From: Felis catus
Taxonomy: Eukaryota
Reading direction: 5' to 3'
Assembly: GCF_018350175.1 (NCBI RefSeq)
Contig: NC_058368.1
Span: 199,642,001-199,706,000 of the forward strand
DNA: 64,000 nucleotides
The stretch's first letter is position 1, and each line of letters begins with the position of its first letter. The notes below the pieces were generated by a model that saw nothing but the letters and a program-made list of their open reading frames with translations, did not search any database and had not been told where the DNA came from. The position numbers and the translations under genes are program-made. This document shows positions 62,941 to 64,000 of this stretch, piece after piece.

Positions 62941-64000
62941 TAGGTAACTGTTCCATGTGCTTCGTGTGGATTATCTCAAATCTTCACAATAATTCATTTC
63001 TTTATGGATGAGGAAACTGAGTCACAGAAAGTTAACTAATTTTTCCAGAGTCACACAGCCACAAGTCACACATAGACATGATTCCAGAGCCTTTTCCCTC
63101 ACGACTCTGCTATAGTGACACTCAGAAATTAGGAGCGGTGGCCTCCTTGGTGCTGTGGTTACAACAAATTACATTTTAGGCATCAGATTCAATCATCATG
63201 TGTTATAAAAGCTAGGCTCCTGGTCCTATAACCATTCTTCTAGCATATCTTGTTTTATTTATTTACTTAATTATCTCCATATCAACCTAAAACCAATTTG
63301 AAGCAGCTTGTACAAACTATTCAATATAACTAAAGAATAAGCAATGGGTTGGGGCAGACACCTTGCTTCCATCAGTCATCCTAATACCTGGCATACTTGT
63401 AGGGAAATGATCACTTTTAATTGCCTCAAAATTTGCTTGCCAACCGGATTAAGAAGGTAATATGTAAATTTTGATGAACTCTTTCATAATTGTCCATGTT
63501 TTTCATAGAATGAATGGTAAATGTCCTATATCATTAAGTATAAACAGCATGTCAACTTTTTGTATTTTATATAATCAAAATATTATCCTTGAATTATAAA
63601 CACATAGTTGTGATGATACGAAGATGAATAAAGTTTTTTTCCAATTCAAATTTGTCCTTAGAATCACTTCTATTTCATATTTCTCTAAAAGAGATGTTTC
63701 TTCCTATTCTTTCTAATAATATAAAATTCTTTGACACAGTACAAAAATATGCCTTTGGCCATATATTATTTTTGTCATAGTGACCATTTAATTTCACTGT
63801 AGGAAGTAATCAAGCAGAGGTGATGGTGGGGTATCCAGGTAGAGATGTCTGTAGGTGACTAGGTTTGCATCCATAACTTTGGTCCAGTGTTGCCCACCTA
63901 TAGCACAGTGTGGTGAACGAAGTGTGATTTTAAACCCACTCAAAGCCAGGAGAAGAAAACTGACACAAACTCACATTCCTGTCATCAGACTCTGCCCCAC

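Overview
This is mammalian, almost certainly felid (cat family), non-coding genomic DNA, identified from its SINEC_Fc-type CAN SINEs and cat-type L1 elements. I found no supportable cellular protein-coding exon, RNA gene or prokaryotic system. Every long ORF in the track is either an L1 ORF1/ORF2 remnant or a by-product of repeats. About 40% of the window is L1 by my rough tally. Main structures: a nest at 3.5-16.5 kb, where an older carnivore L1 contains a full-length younger L1, a truncated SINE with an adjacent deletion and a solo LTR; a full-length older L1 at 29.4-36.6 kb carrying three SINEs and a captured ~130-bp foreign fragment; an LTR16/ERVL provirus remnant; a twin-primed (5'-inverted) L1 sharing a triplicated target site with a SINE; two related solo LTRs with 6-bp TSDs; and very decayed CR1 and Gypsy-integrase remnants. 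Repeat family names come from recalled consensus sequences, not from a search. I found no convincing novel biological system, so the findings below are mechanistic and evolutionary curiosities.
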